Below, piece by piece: positions 47,008 through 57,184 of a stretch of 61,226 bases of DNA. Location of the stretch: assembly GCA_963830915.1 (NCBI GenBank), contig CAWHOE010000032.1:1-61226 (forward strand). The letters run 5' to 3'. A program made the position numbers and the translations under genes. Under the pieces are notes generated by a model, which was not told where the DNA came from, searched no databases, and saw nothing but the letters and a program-made list of their open reading frames with translations. How positions within the stretch are numbered: the first letter of the stretch is position 1; each line of letters begins with the position of its first letter. Source of the DNA: a candidate division FCPU426 bacterium (lineage in GTDB: Bacteria; Oederibacteriota; Muellerivitia; Muellerivitales; Muellerivitaceae).

Positions 47008-47565
47008 TTACTTTTTCTTCTTCGCCTCATCGGGGATGAAATTCAGCGCCGCGGAGTTGATGCAATATCGCTGGCCTGTGGGCGCCGGCCCATCCTCGAA
47101 AACATGTCCCAAATGGCTCCCACAACGGGGGCAATAGACCTCCACCCGGTGCATGCCGTGGGAATCGTCAGACCTTTGGGCCACGTTCTTGGGGTCCGCT
47201 GGTTTGGAGAAGCTGGGCCAACCGCAGCCCGAATCGAACTTGCCGTCGGAGAGGAACAGCTCCAGACCGCAGGCCGCGCAGACGTACTTCCCTTCCTCAT
47301 GGGAATTCCAGTACCTGCCCGTGAAAGGCATTTCCGTTCCCTTTTCCCTGAGGACCTCGTACTGTTCGGGGTTTAGGATCTTCTTCCATTCCTCATTGGT
47401 TTTGAAAACTTTATTGCTCACGAATGCCCCCTTTTTGTTTTTACTCGTTTTGGTCGGTGTGGACGAAGCTTCCTGGGCCCAAATAAAACTTTCCATCCCA
47501 AAAGCCAGGATGAACAAGCCAAACATTATTTTCACGAATCCCTCCCCTAAGGGCAGCTCGCTCAT
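47008..47565 (-). CDS. msrB: Peptide-methionine (R)-S-oxide reductase with signal-like N-terminus
   Basis: 'GTE.PF', CxxC, 'KFDSGCGWPSF', 'HLGHVFEDGP.PTG.RYCINS'; start uncertain. Confidence 0.95.
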   Translation of the reverse strand: MSELPLGEGFVKIMFGLFILAFGMESFIWAQEASSTPTKTSKNKKGAFVSNKVFKTNEEWKKILNPEQYEVLREKGTEMPFTGRYWNSHEEGKYVCAACGLELFLSDGKFDSGCGWPSFSKPADPKNVAQRSDDSHGMHRVEVYCPRCGSHLGHVFEDGPAPTGQRYCINSAALNFIPDEAKKKK

Positions 47566-47653
47566 TCATCGATAAACGCCATTTCAAGATAAGGAGGTGG
47601 GGATGGAAAAGCAATGACGGGTGGAATGGCTTCGGGTATCCGAACAGTAACGG

Positions 47654-48694
47654 TCAGGCCAGGCCGGGATTGAGTCTTTCTCCCAGCAGGCTGTAGGGTT
47701 TATGCGTCCCGCTTTTACCCTTGATGCGCACGGCATCCAATTCTTGGAGGCGGAAATTATCCGCAGCGATGAGGGCCAGGTCCTGGTTGATGAGGATCTG
47801 CCCGTCTTCCGCGATGGAACATAGGCGGGAGGCAAAATTGACCGTGTCGCCGATAACCGTGAATTCCATCCGCCGAGCCGAGCCCAGGTTACCGATGATG
47901 ATCTTTCCCGCGCAAACCCCAATACCCAGTCCCGTCTCTACCTCCGCGCTGTAGTTTTGTTTGAAGGTAGCCTGGGTCAGGTGGAAGCTATCCTGCATAT
48001 GGAGGGCGGCCAGGAGCGCCTTCTTGACCGCTGACTGGGGATTGTCCTCAGGGAACGGGAAATAGGCCAGGATGGCGTCCCCGATGTATTTATTGATCTC
48101 ACCTCCGGAGAAAGCGATGATCTCCTCTAGCTCCGTGAACATCCTGTTCAAGAACCGGACCGTTTCCTGGGGTTTGAGCTTCTCCGTCAAGGACGTGAAA
48201 CCTCGCACGTCGGAGAACATAACGATGGCGCTGGTCAATTCCCCTTCCCAGACCGCTTTGGCCCCTTTCTCCGTGGCGAATTGGGATGCTTTGGTCCCCA
48301 CGAACTTGTCCAGGATATGACGGGATTCGACCAGTTTCTTTTCGGTCTCGCTGAAGGTTTGGTAGGCCAAGTCCAGCATTTCGCCTTTTTTGGCGACGAT
48401 GGTCTTGGGGTCGAGTCGACGGTTCATCTTGAAATCAGAGGGCAGGACCCGGCATCGCATGAGGAAGGATTGCATCTCCAGCAAAAGTCCCGATTGGACC
48501 TTCCACCAAAGGATCCGCCAGGACAGCAGCAAAAGCACGCCCGCGACCAACCCACTGCACAAGCCCGCTTGCCAAGAATCAGAAACAAGCCAAGCCAGAA
48601 CGCCTGAAAAAAGGGCGGTCGAGGAGGCCCAGGTCAGGGAAAGGGAGTAGGGCAGCTTATATTCGGAGCGGTTCGTTTCTTTGGGTGCGGCCAT
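47654..48694 (-). CDS. Membrane-anchored class III adenylate/guanylate cyclase
   Basis: 2 TM; 'FSDVRGFT', 'KYIGD', 'FTVIGDTVN.ASRL', 'IKGK'. Confidence 0.92.
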   Translation of the reverse strand: MAAPKETNRSEYKLPYSLSLTWASSTALFSGVLAWLVSDSWQAGLCSGLVAGVLLLLSWRILWWKVQSGLLLEMQSFLMRCRVLPSDFKMNRRLDPKTIVAKKGEMLDLAYQTFSETEKKLVESRHILDKFVGTKASQFATEKGAKAVWEGELTSAIVMFSDVRGFTSLTEKLKPQETVRFLNRMFTELEEIIAFSGGEINKYIGDAILAYFPFPEDNPQSAVKKALLAALHMQDSFHLTQATFKQNYSAEVETGLGIGVCAGKIIIGNLGSARRMEFTVIGDTVNFASRLCSIAEDGQILINQDLALIAADNFRLQELDAVRIKGKSGTHKPYSLLGERLNPGLA

Positions 48695-48798
48695 CTAGTC
48701 CTCGTGGATTCGGGGAGATCCGGAACGCCGGCCCGGAGGACGGCGCGTGAATCATCATACGCTCACCCTCGGACCCCAACAATCTTTTGGCAGGACGC

Positions 48799-49488
48799 TT
48801 ATTTGGGATTGGAACGGATGTAGCGGAACAACTCTTCTGCCGATTGCTCAACGGTCAGGTCCGAATGGTCCATCACGATGGATTCGGGGGTCTTTCGCAG
48901 ACCGCCAACGGGCCGATTGTAATCACGGTCATCCCTGGCCTTCACGTCAGCCATGACCTCCTCGAGTGTGGTCGTGACACCCGCTTTTAAAAGATCCTTC
49001 AACCTACGTTTGGCCCGCATCTCGACAGTGGCGTCCAGGAAGAACTTGTACTGGGCGTCGGGAAAAACGTCCGTTCCAATATCCCGGCCTTCCAGGACCG
49101 AACCCCCATAGGGTTCACTATCGATACGGCCCATTTGTTGTTGGCGAGCCACCAGGATCTTCCGAACCGGCACCGAATTGGCAATGAATGCCGAGGCCTG
49201 GGTGACCTCCGGGGTTCGGATAGCCTTGGAAACATCCTCCCCGTTCAGGAAAACCTTGTTCTCAGGCTCTCCCGGTTTCAACTCGATCTTGGAATTCCGT
49301 GCCAGGGATTCCAGTTGGGTGTCGTTCTTCAGGTCGGTCTTTTCCCTCAAGGCCGCCAGTGTCACGCAACGGTACATTGCGCCTGTGTCGATATGAAGGA
49401 AACCTAGTTTCCTGGCCAATGTCTTGGCGACGGTGCTTTTGCCGGCCCCAGCCGGCCCGTCAATGGCGACGATGATGACTTTACCCAT
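48799..49488 (-). CDS. cmk: Cytidylate kinase
   Basis: 'IDGPAGAGKST', 'DTGAMYR', 'EGRDIGT.VFPDA'. Confidence 0.97.
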   Translation of the reverse strand: MGKVIIVAIDGPAGAGKSTVAKTLARKLGFLHIDTGAMYRCVTLAALREKTDLKNDTQLESLARNSKIELKPGEPENKVFLNGEDVSKAIRTPEVTQASAFIANSVPVRKILVARQQQMGRIDSEPYGGSVLEGRDIGTDVFPDAQYKFFLDATVEMRAKRRLKDLLKAGVTTTLEEVMADVKARDDRDYNRPVGGLRKTPESIVMDHSDLTVEQSAEELFRYIRSNPK

Positions 49489-49509
49489 GGCGAGACCTTT
49501 CGAGACTTA

Positions 49510-50805
49510 TTACCGGCGGGTGATCCGTTCGAGGAAACTCTCGAATTCGGGGAAGGAAGTCCGGATATTCTCCGTATCCAGGATGGTCGTGGGCCCTTGG
49601 GCGACCAGACCGGCAACAGCCATGGCCATGGCAATCCGGTGGTCCCCGCCGGAGGATTGCTTGCAGCCCTTCAACGGTGTGGGCCCCTTGATGATCCAAC
49701 CATCCTCCCGTGATTCGATGTCCGCTCCCATTTTCTTCAAGGTCACCGTCATCATGAGGATGCGGTCCGATTCCTTCACTTTCAGGTCCTCGGCATTCTT
49801 GATGACCGTGGTGCCTTCCGCCTGGGTGGCCGCGACCGCCAGGATTGGGAATTCGTCGATCATCCGGGGTACCAGGCTTCCCCCCACCGTGACCGCGGTC
49901 AGACGGGAATACTTGACTGTGATATCGGCGACTGGCTCCTCGCCTTTCCCCGTGTGATGGGGATGCAGGGAGATGGAAGCTCCCATGTCCCAGAGTACGT
50001 CCAGCAGACCCGTTCGAGTCGGATTGATCCCCACGTTCTTCAACAACAGTTTGGAACCAGGCACGATGAGACCGGCCACGATGAAGAAAGCCGCCGAGGA
50101 AATGTCCCCCGGAACCGTCACTTTCTGCCCTTTGAACGGGGAGACTGGGCCTCGAACTGAGAGGGTATTCCCTTTTTTCTTGTAAGGTACCCCAAAAGAA
50201 CTGAACATCCTTTCGGTATGGTCCCGGGTCGGGATGGGCTCAATGACCTTGGTTTTTCCGTCGGCGAAAAGGGCCGCCATGAGGATGGCGCTTTTGACCT
50301 GAGCGCTGGCCACCGGCAGTTTATAGGTGATACCGGATAACTTTCGAGTTTCCAGTTTCAAGGGCAGCAGATCGGCTCCTTGTTTGCCCGTGATGCGGGC
50401 ACCCATCAGGGTCAAAGGCCCCACCACTCTTTTCATGGGTCGACGCCTGAGATACTTGTCACCTGTGATACGGCTGGTAAATGGCTGACCTGCCAAAAGG
50501 CCCAATAGGATGCGGGCGGTAGTTCCAGAATTACCCGCGTTCAGGACCTGTTTGGGAGGCTTCAAGGAATTCAAACCCTTCCCCACAATGGTCACGCTTT
50601 GACCTTTTTGTGTGATCCTTACACCCATCGCCCTAAAAATGTTGATAGTCGAGATGCAATCGGCCGACGTAAGGAAATGCTCCACCTTCGTCTTTCCATA
50701 GGACAAGGATCCCATGATGATGGCCCGGTGGGAGATGGATTTGTCCCCCGGAACCTCAAGCGTCCCTTTCAGGGCGTTGGCGGGTTGAACGATCAGTTGT
50801 TTCAT
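49510..50805 (-). CDS. aroA: 3-phosphoshikimate 1-carboxyvinyltransferase
   Basis: 'PGDKSISHR', 'GNSGT', 'ASAQVKS', 'KESDRI', 'DHRIAM'. Confidence 0.97.
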   Translation of the reverse strand: MKQLIVQPANALKGTLEVPGDKSISHRAIIMGSLSYGKTKVEHFLTSADCISTINIFRAMGVRITQKGQSVTIVGKGLNSLKPPKQVLNAGNSGTTARILLGLLAGQPFTSRITGDKYLRRRPMKRVVGPLTLMGARITGKQGADLLPLKLETRKLSGITYKLPVASAQVKSAILMAALFADGKTKVIEPIPTRDHTERMFSSFGVPYKKKGNTLSVRGPVSPFKGQKVTVPGDISSAAFFIVAGLIVPGSKLLLKNVGINPTRTGLLDVLWDMGASISLHPHHTGKGEEPVADITVKYSRLTAVTVGGSLVPRMIDEFPILAVAATQAEGTTVIKNAEDLKVKESDRILMMTVTLKKMGADIESREDGWIIKGPTPLKGCKQSSGGDHRIAMAMAVAGLVAQGPTTILDTENIRTSFPEFESFLERITRR

Positions 50806-51644
50806 AAATTTTCCCTGATGGCCTTGGATCGTTTGAAATATCTCAACCATTGGCCGGTCGAGGCCCGGGCCGTTGACCGTTCAAGGGTCTGGAGGCTTTT
50901 TCGATACTCACGAAGCAACTTCAAGATGGGTTTCTTGTTCAGGACCAGGATATCCGCCCACATGGCCGGATGTCCCGCCGCGATACGGGTCAAATCCCTG
51001 AAACCCGAACCCACCGCGTTCCGATAACCAGAATCCTTTCCCGAATAGGTACCGAACTGGGTCACCAGCGAAGAGGCGATCAGATGGGGAAGATGACTGG
51101 TCAAAGCCACATAATGGTCATGTCGATCGGCCTTGAGAATGATGGTCCTACTGCCGACCTTTTTCCAGAATAGTTCGGCGCGCTCAATGAGCTTACGCGG
51201 GGTACCTGGAAGGGGCGTGATGAAAACGATCTTATCTTTGTAAATAAGCGGATCAGAAGCCTCGATGCCTGATTTTTCCTTACCCGCCATGGGGTGGCAG
51301 GGCACGAAATGGTTCTTCGCCTCTGGGATCCTTCGGGCCGCGTCCACGATGCCCTGTTTGACGCTGGACACATCCATGATCAGGCATTCTGATCCGGCGT
51401 TTTGGATGACCAGGGGGAGGGATTGAATAACACTTCCCGAATGGGAACAAAGCAGTACTAGGTCGGCACCTTCAACGGCTTTTTCCATGGTCGACGCCAC
51501 AGCCATGAGACGGGACGCTTTCCTTCGGGAGACCGCCCGGTGGTTCCATCCCACCAGTTGAAAGCCCCCCAACTTCTTCAGGGCAAGCACCAGCGACCCG
51601 CCCAGCAGTCCGACCCCGATAATGGCTGTTTTTTTTGTTTTCAT
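50802..51644 (-). CDS. tyrA: Prephenate/arogenate dehydrogenase
   Basis: 'IIGVGLLGGS', 'DVSSVK', 'HPMAG.E', 'SHLPH', 'GFRD.TRIA'. Confidence 0.93.
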   Translation of the reverse strand: MKTKKTAIIGVGLLGGSLVLALKKLGGFQLVGWNHRAVSRRKASRLMAVASTMEKAVEGADLVLLCSHSGSVIQSLPLVIQNAGSECLIMDVSSVKQGIVDAARRIPEAKNHFVPCHPMAGKEKSGIEASDPLIYKDKIVFITPLPGTPRKLIERAELFWKKVGSRTIILKADRHDHYVALTSHLPHLIASSLVTQFGTYSGKDSGYRNAVGSGFRDLTRIAAGHPAMWADILVLNKKPILKLLREYRKSLQTLERSTARASTGQWLRYFKRSKAIRENL

Positions 51645-52723
51645 CAGGCGATCAATTCTCCAAAAGTTTTCAGGAAATTCTCGGTTTCTGTCTCCGTCCC
51701 AGTGGTGACCCGCAAGGCTTGGGGACCAATGGGCCGAACGATGATTCCCTTTCTTAATAGCGATTGATAGAGCTCATCGGCTTTGGGAACCTCGAAATAA
51801 ATGAAATTGGTCTGGGTCGGGACGGGTTTCAGGCCCATTTCCGCCAAGCCATCATAGAGCATCTGCCGCATCGACCGGTTCAGGTCGACCACTTTCTTCA
51901 TGTGCGGAAGGTCGGTCAAGGCCGCCTCTGCGGCCGCCATGGCCATCCCGTTCACGTTGAAAGGCTGCCTGACCCTTTGATAGACCGACACCAGGTCAGG
52001 ATGACCGATGCCGTACCCTACCCTTAAGCCGGCCAGACCGAACGCCTTAGAAAAGGTCCTCAGGACCACCAGGTTGGGATATTCCTCGATCAGTCGAAGG
52101 GATTCAAAATAATTCTTCGCCTCGACGTACTCGTAATAGGCCTCATCCACAACGACCAGGGTTTCCTTGGGGCAGATCTTCAGGAACGCCTGGAGCGCCA
52201 GGAGAGGAACGAAGGTCCCTGTGGGATTGTTCGGATTGCAGATAAAAACCATCCGGGTCTTGGAGGTCAGGGCTTTCGAGAACCCTTGAAGGTCGTGAGT
52301 ATGGTCCTGCATGGGCACACAGACGGCCTTCGCTTGCATGGATTGGGTCACCAGGCGATAAACGAAGAAACTCTTATCGGAAAAGAGGACCTCATCCCCT
52401 GGCTTCAGGATCATTTGACCCAATAGTACGATGAGTTCGTTGGAACCGTTCCCCAACATCAATCGTTCCACATCCACTCCCAAATATCGGGAGAGGGGCA
52501 GGCCTAGGTCATGGGCGGCTCCGTCTGGATAGCGGTTGATCTTGGAAAGGATGCCCACTAGTTTTTCAAGGACGCGAGGGGATGGACCCAATGGGTTCTC
52601 ATTGGAGGCGATCTTGGAGGCGTTCTTGATTCCCAGTTCCCTTTCCAATTCTTCGATGGGTTTTCCCGGGACATACGGGCTCATGGAAAGAAGATGTTCA
52701 CCGATTGGGACTGAAAAGGCCAC
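51644..52723 (-). CDS. hisC: Histidinol-phosphate/aromatic aminotransferase
   Basis: 'SNENPLG', 'NPNNPTG', 'DEAY', 'RTFSKAFGLAGLRVG'. Confidence 0.95.
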   Translation of the reverse strand: MAFSVPIGEHLLSMSPYVPGKPIEELERELGIKNASKIASNENPLGPSPRVLEKLVGILSKINRYPDGAAHDLGLPLSRYLGVDVERLMLGNGSNELIVLLGQMILKPGDEVLFSDKSFFVYRLVTQSMQAKAVCVPMQDHTHDLQGFSKALTSKTRMVFICNPNNPTGTFVPLLALQAFLKICPKETLVVVDEAYYEYVEAKNYFESLRLIEEYPNLVVLRTFSKAFGLAGLRVGYGIGHPDLVSVYQRVRQPFNVNGMAMAAAEAALTDLPHMKKVVDLNRSMRQMLYDGLAEMGLKPVPTQTNFIYFEVPKADELYQSLLRKGIIVRPIGPQALRVTTGTETETENFLKTFGELIA

Positions 52724-52726
52724 GGA

Positions 52727-53809
52727 TCAAGTACCGCTGCGGGGATAGGAACCCAGGACCTTGACGGTCAGGGTTGATTTCTCGATGTCCTGGATGGCCT
52801 TGATGACCTTGGGGTCCTCGACATGGCCCATGAAGTCGATGAAGAAATAATAGTCCCAGGCTTTCTTACGGGAAGGCCTGGATTCGATATTGGTCAGATT
52901 CAATCCCAATTTCTCAAAGGGATAAAGAAGTGAAAAAAGGGCCCCCACCTTGTCCTTGATGGAAACCATCAGGGATGTCTTGTCATCCCCGGTTCGTTGG
53001 GCATTGGTCTTTCCGATGACCAGGAATCGTGTGAAATTATCCTGCATATCCTCGATGCGCTTAGCGATGGGTTTCAACCCATATAACCTGGCGGCCATAT
53101 CGGGAGCGATGGCGGAGGAAGAAGGATCCGCCGAGGCTAATTGGGCCCCCTTGGCCGTGCTCGCGCTTTCGATGATCTTGGCTCCGGGAAGGTTGGCCTC
53201 CAGCCAGAGGCGGCATTGCCCCAGGGACTGGGGATGGCTATAGACCTTCTTGACCTTGCCCAGGTCCCCCGATTTGGACATCAGGGTATACGTGATAGGC
53301 ATGAATATCTCGGAGCAGATCTTGAGGTCCGATTCGACGAAAAGGTCCAGGGTGTGGTTGATAGTGCCTTCAGTCGAATTCTCAATTGGTACGACCCCGT
53401 AGTGGGCCCTACCCCTTTCCACTTCCTGGAACACATCACGGAGGGTCAACCCGGGGACATAAACCGATTGGGACCCGAATTTTTCCAGGGCAGCAATGTG
53501 GGTATTGGTTCCGATTTGGCCGAAATAGGCGACTTTAAGCTTAGTCTCCAAGGCCAAGGAACCCGACATGATCTCCCGATAAATGGCAGTCAAGGTTTCA
53601 GTGGGGAAAGGTCCTTTATTGAGCTTGGCAATCCTCCGATAGACTTCCATCTCCCGATGGGGAGCATAAAAATGCAGGTCCCCTGTTGTTTTGACTTTGC
53701 GGATCTGAAGTACCAGCTTCGCTCTCTCATTGAGCCATTGGACAAGCTTGGAATCGATTTGGTCGATGTTTTTTCGAAGATTTTTGAGGTTTTGTGCTGG
53801 GTATTTCAC
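52727..53809 (-). CDS. pheA: Chorismate mutase / prephenate dehydratase (P-protein)
   Basis: N-terminal CM domain, 'PIENSTEG', 'NFTRF', ACT domain 'IESRPS'. Confidence 0.96.
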   Translation of the reverse strand: MKYPAQNLKNLRKNIDQIDSKLVQWLNERAKLVLQIRKVKTTGDLHFYAPHREMEVYRRIAKLNKGPFPTETLTAIYREIMSGSLALETKLKVAYFGQIGTNTHIAALEKFGSQSVYVPGLTLRDVFQEVERGRAHYGVVPIENSTEGTINHTLDLFVESDLKICSEIFMPITYTLMSKSGDLGKVKKVYSHPQSLGQCRLWLEANLPGAKIIESASTAKGAQLASADPSSSAIAPDMAARLYGLKPIAKRIEDMQDNFTRFLVIGKTNAQRTGDDKTSLMVSIKDKVGALFSLLYPFEKLGLNLTNIESRPSRKKAWDYYFFIDFMGHVEDPKVIKAIQDIEKSTLTVKVLGSYPRSGT

Positions 53810-53892
53810 GGAAGCCCTTATTTGCGTTTGTAGTTAAATTTGAGACGAAATTATATTATATTTTGTACCATTCTAGGAAAGATTATAAAACG

Positions 53893-54717
53893 ATGAAATT
53901 CAAACAAAAAAAAGCGATTCTGATCCTTTTGAGCCTTTCCTTAGCTGGTTGGATGCTAGGCTTTTATCTGGGATATGAACAGGACGCGCAAAGGGTCATG
54001 GTGGATTCCTCATTAATAAGACAGCATCTGGATTATGCCCTTCGATTAAAAGATGATATGGCGGTCATTGACTTTGCTAATGCCCTGGAAAAATTGGATG
54101 GCCTTTTGTTATTTCGGTTCACAAAAGGGCCTAATGTAATCATCGATGGTGGAAACAAGGCATATCTTTCGAACGGAAAAAATCCAGGTTTGAGGTTTCA
54201 TTTTCCATCAATTTGGTCCTTAGAAGATCCCAACTCCAATAGTACCAATGAAATGATCCTTATCTGGCAAATTTGGCCAGGCCCAATTCTCTGGGGGACA
54301 TTCCTGGGAATCGGAGTGATATTTTCGGCCACTATCACTTCTTATTCAGTTAGGAAATTCCATGAACAACTCCGCCCAGTAGAGCCCTCCGCAAGGGCAT
54401 TTTCACTCACCGAAAACGCTCATCAAATTGAGGATGGGCCATTACCTGGGTTTGAGGGTCATGCTGTCCTTTTACTGGATGGATACAACATCCGATGGGC
54501 TTCCCCAGAAGCTGCCGTTTTATTATCCAAGGATGGCGAAAAGTTCTTTGCCACCCATCTCCTTGAGCTTTTCCCAGAAAAACATTTGATGGATGCTTTG
54601 GACAAAAAAGAAAAGGCCCATTTATCAACGGCATTCAAGGAACATCCAGATATACAAGCGACTTTAAAACCTGACAGAGCTGGTTTAATCCTTCTTCTTG
54701 AAAGGGTTAAAGGCTGA
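53893..54717 (+). CDS. Hypothetical 2-TM membrane protein with degenerate PAS-like C-terminus
   Basis: TM - periplasmic region - TM - cytoplasmic 'VLLLD..NI.WASP.A..LL'. Confidence 0.6.
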   Translation: MKFKQKKAILILLSLSLAGWMLGFYLGYEQDAQRVMVDSSLIRQHLDYALRLKDDMAVIDFANALEKLDGLLLFRFTKGPNVIIDGGNKAYLSNGKNPGLRFHFPSIWSLEDPNSNSTNEMILIWQIWPGPILWGTFLGIGVIFSATITSYSVRKFHEQLRPVEPSARAFSLTENAHQIEDGPLPGFEGHAVLLLDGYNIRWASPEAAVLLSKDGEKFFATHLLELFPEKHLMDALDKKEKAHLSTAFKEHPDIQATLKPDRAGLILLLERVKG

Positions 54718-54815
54718 AACCCCAAAATCATTGATTTTGTTGACTTTTCAGGCTGAAAACCATAAACTGCCACGAAATAACAGTTTGTTGAAAGTTCTCG
54801 ACAAGGGACGCTCGA

Positions 54816-56138
54816 TTGCGCGAAACCTTAAAAAGTCTATCCATTTTCTCCGCAATGCTACTGTTATTATTGCTAGTTTCCTCAGGTTGCGACGTTAATA
54901 TTCCCGGTTGCGGTAAAAGGTCTTTGCCTTTTTTCAAGCAAATAAAGGATAAATCCCTCTCTACGGCCCTCGCTACACCTCCGATCAACCCGATTTCCAC
55001 TCCAGCAACAGTTGCTGAACCCATTAAAAATAAAGCGATTTCACCGATCATTCAGAAAACAGATAAATCGGCCAAATCCATATCCTTCGATACCAGTATT
55101 GAAATGTCGGTCACCAAACCAACAGCCATTCCAACCGCGACTGCTACGGCTACAGCGACTCCAGTGGATGTGGAAAAGATCGCTTATATCTCCGAAGAAC
55201 ACGGAAAAAGAATTTTAAAGACTATGAATACTGATGGAACAAATCGGGTAAGTTTTTCCCCTTCCCAGGCCAATTGCTGGTTCCCTTTGTGGTCGCCTAG
55301 TGGGAAAGTGCTTGCGTTCCTTTCTGATATGAATGATGGAAGCATCAATCTTTATACGATCAAGAAAGATGGCACCGAGCTTAAACAATTGACTTCTTAT
55401 TCCGATATGGTCATTGATGATCCTAATCGCCTGAAACCTCCCTTTAGTTGGTCTCCTCGAAGTGATGAAATCGCCTTTATTTATAACCGTCAAATTTGGA
55501 AGATAGAACTGGACGACTTGACTCAGGTAACCTTGGCGAGTCCCGATTCCAGCTACACAATATCGACGATAGAATGGGCTCCCCATCGAGACACTAAATA
55601 CGTGGCTTATCTATCGAAAAAAGGCGACAACTTTTTCGGTTTAATGCTGGTCAATCCCAGATTAAAGGACAAATTGGACATGGGCGAAATGAAATTTCCT
55701 GTCTCGGATCTCAGCTGGTCCCCCGACGCCAGAAAGGTCGCCTTTATTCAGAATAATAACCAGATATATACAGCTTCCCCTGATACCTCTTTACCAAAAT
55801 TAATTATTTATAATGCCAGCCCGGAATTGGGTTCTTTATTGTCCTATTCCCCTGTTGAATCCGGTTCACCCGTCCTCATGACTCTTGCAAAGCAAACAAC
55901 AGCAGATACTGGGTACCGGGTTGCCATCGTGGACCAACCTTCCAAAGGGGATCAAGATACAGGATCCTTAAAATACTTGACCGAACCAGGGGTCACCGAC
56001 GCGATTTGGTCCCCGGATGGCAATAAAATAGGCTTTGTGATGGATGGAGAGATGTGGACGATGGATGCCTTTAACGGAGCTAATAAGACCAGAATTGCGG
56101 CCACAGGGATCATCAGTCCTAATTGGTCTAAAAAGTGA
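54816..56138 (+). CDS. TolB-like (PD40 repeat) beta-propeller lipoprotein
   Basis: Lipobox 'SSGC', P/T linker, repeated 'WSP.G..IAF'. Confidence 0.85.
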   Translation: MRETLKSLSIFSAMLLLLLLVSSGCDVNIPGCGKRSLPFFKQIKDKSLSTALATPPINPISTPATVAEPIKNKAISPIIQKTDKSAKSISFDTSIEMSVTKPTAIPTATATATATPVDVEKIAYISEEHGKRILKTMNTDGTNRVSFSPSQANCWFPLWSPSGKVLAFLSDMNDGSINLYTIKKDGTELKQLTSYSDMVIDDPNRLKPPFSWSPRSDEIAFIYNRQIWKIELDDLTQVTLASPDSSYTISTIEWAPHRDTKYVAYLSKKGDNFFGLMLVNPRLKDKLDMGEMKFPVSDLSWSPDARKVAFIQNNNQIYTASPDTSLPKLIIYNASPELGSLLSYSPVESGSPVLMTLAKQTTADTGYRVAIVDQPSKGDQDTGSLKYLTEPGVTDAIWSPDGNKIGFVMDGEMWTMDAFNGANKTRIAATGIISPNWSKK

Positions 56139-57127
56139 GAAATCAAGTGAGCTATTATTGCTTTCGATACATTAAAGTCACCTTTTCGGTACTTTTATTC
56201 TTTGCTTTTGCGGCTCTCTTGTCTTTCGGGTGCAAGAAAAAAGTAATCGAAGCAGCCCCTCCCCCTCCCACTCCGACCCCCGTGGTCGCCCAGGGCAGTA
56301 TCGTCTATGTTCAAATGGGCCATTTGGCACGTCTCGACCTAGACGGGAACCAAGTGACGCCTCTAACCAGTGGAAAAAGCACCGAATGGTTCCCCGCTTG
56401 TTCCCCAAAAGGCGACCAAGTGGTTTATTGGTCAAACGCGGAAGGGGGAATCTATAACCTTTGGAAAATCAACCTGGATGGCTCCCAAAGGGTTCAATTG
56501 ACTTTTGATGAGACCAATTCCCTTCGCACCGGGGATCAAAACCTGTTGGTTAATACAGCACCCTCATGGTCGGCGGACGGAAATAGGATCTTTTACGCGA
56601 TGAATGGGGATATCTGGTCCATGGATGTTGATGGGTATAACCCGGAAACACTGTTGATCGGCCATTCGGCCCTTTGTCCTTTACTGTCCCCTGATGGCAA
56701 GACACTGGTTTATCTTTCAAACCAGGATGATTCAGTTTTCAATTTATGGGCCATGAACTTGTCGGATAAAGCATTGAAACAATTGACCCATTACACGGAT
56801 TGGAACCTGGGATCTCCTAGCTTCTCGCACGATGGCCATAAAATACTATTCAACTTATACCGATCCAATATTTCGCAGGTTTATATCATGAATGCAGATG
56901 GAACCGACCCAATGAATATCACAAGTAATAATAAATCTCTTTGCCCTCGGTTCGCGATGATGGACAAGAAGATACTTTACTGTTCTTGGAACAATAACGA
57001 GGATGATGGTTTGAACGTTTATTTGGTGAATGCCAATGGGACTGAAGCTAAAACCATCACCTCTGACGGTGGATCTTCTCCGAGTTGGGCGCCAGCCAGG
57101 ATTCTGGCCATGCCCACGGGAAAATGA
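56135..57127 (+). CDS. TolB-like (PD40 repeat) beta-propeller lipoprotein
   Basis: Lipobox 'SFGC'; repeated 'P.(W/F)S.DG', 'MNADG'. Confidence 0.85.
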   Translation: MRNQVSYYCFRYIKVTFSVLLFFAFAALLSFGCKKKVIEAAPPPPTPTPVVAQGSIVYVQMGHLARLDLDGNQVTPLTSGKSTEWFPACSPKGDQVVYWSNAEGGIYNLWKINLDGSQRVQLTFDETNSLRTGDQNLLVNTAPSWSADGNRIFYAMNGDIWSMDVDGYNPETLLIGHSALCPLLSPDGKTLVYLSNQDDSVFNLWAMNLSDKALKQLTHYTDWNLGSPSFSHDGHKILFNLYRSNISQVYIMNADGTDPMNITSNNKSLCPRFAMMDKKILYCSWNNNEDDGLNVYLVNANGTEAKTITSDGGSSPSWAPARILAMPTGK

Positions 57128-57184
57128 GCTTTTAAATTAAACGGCTGTTTTTCCCATCCAGGACATCCCAACCCCGCTTGAATT

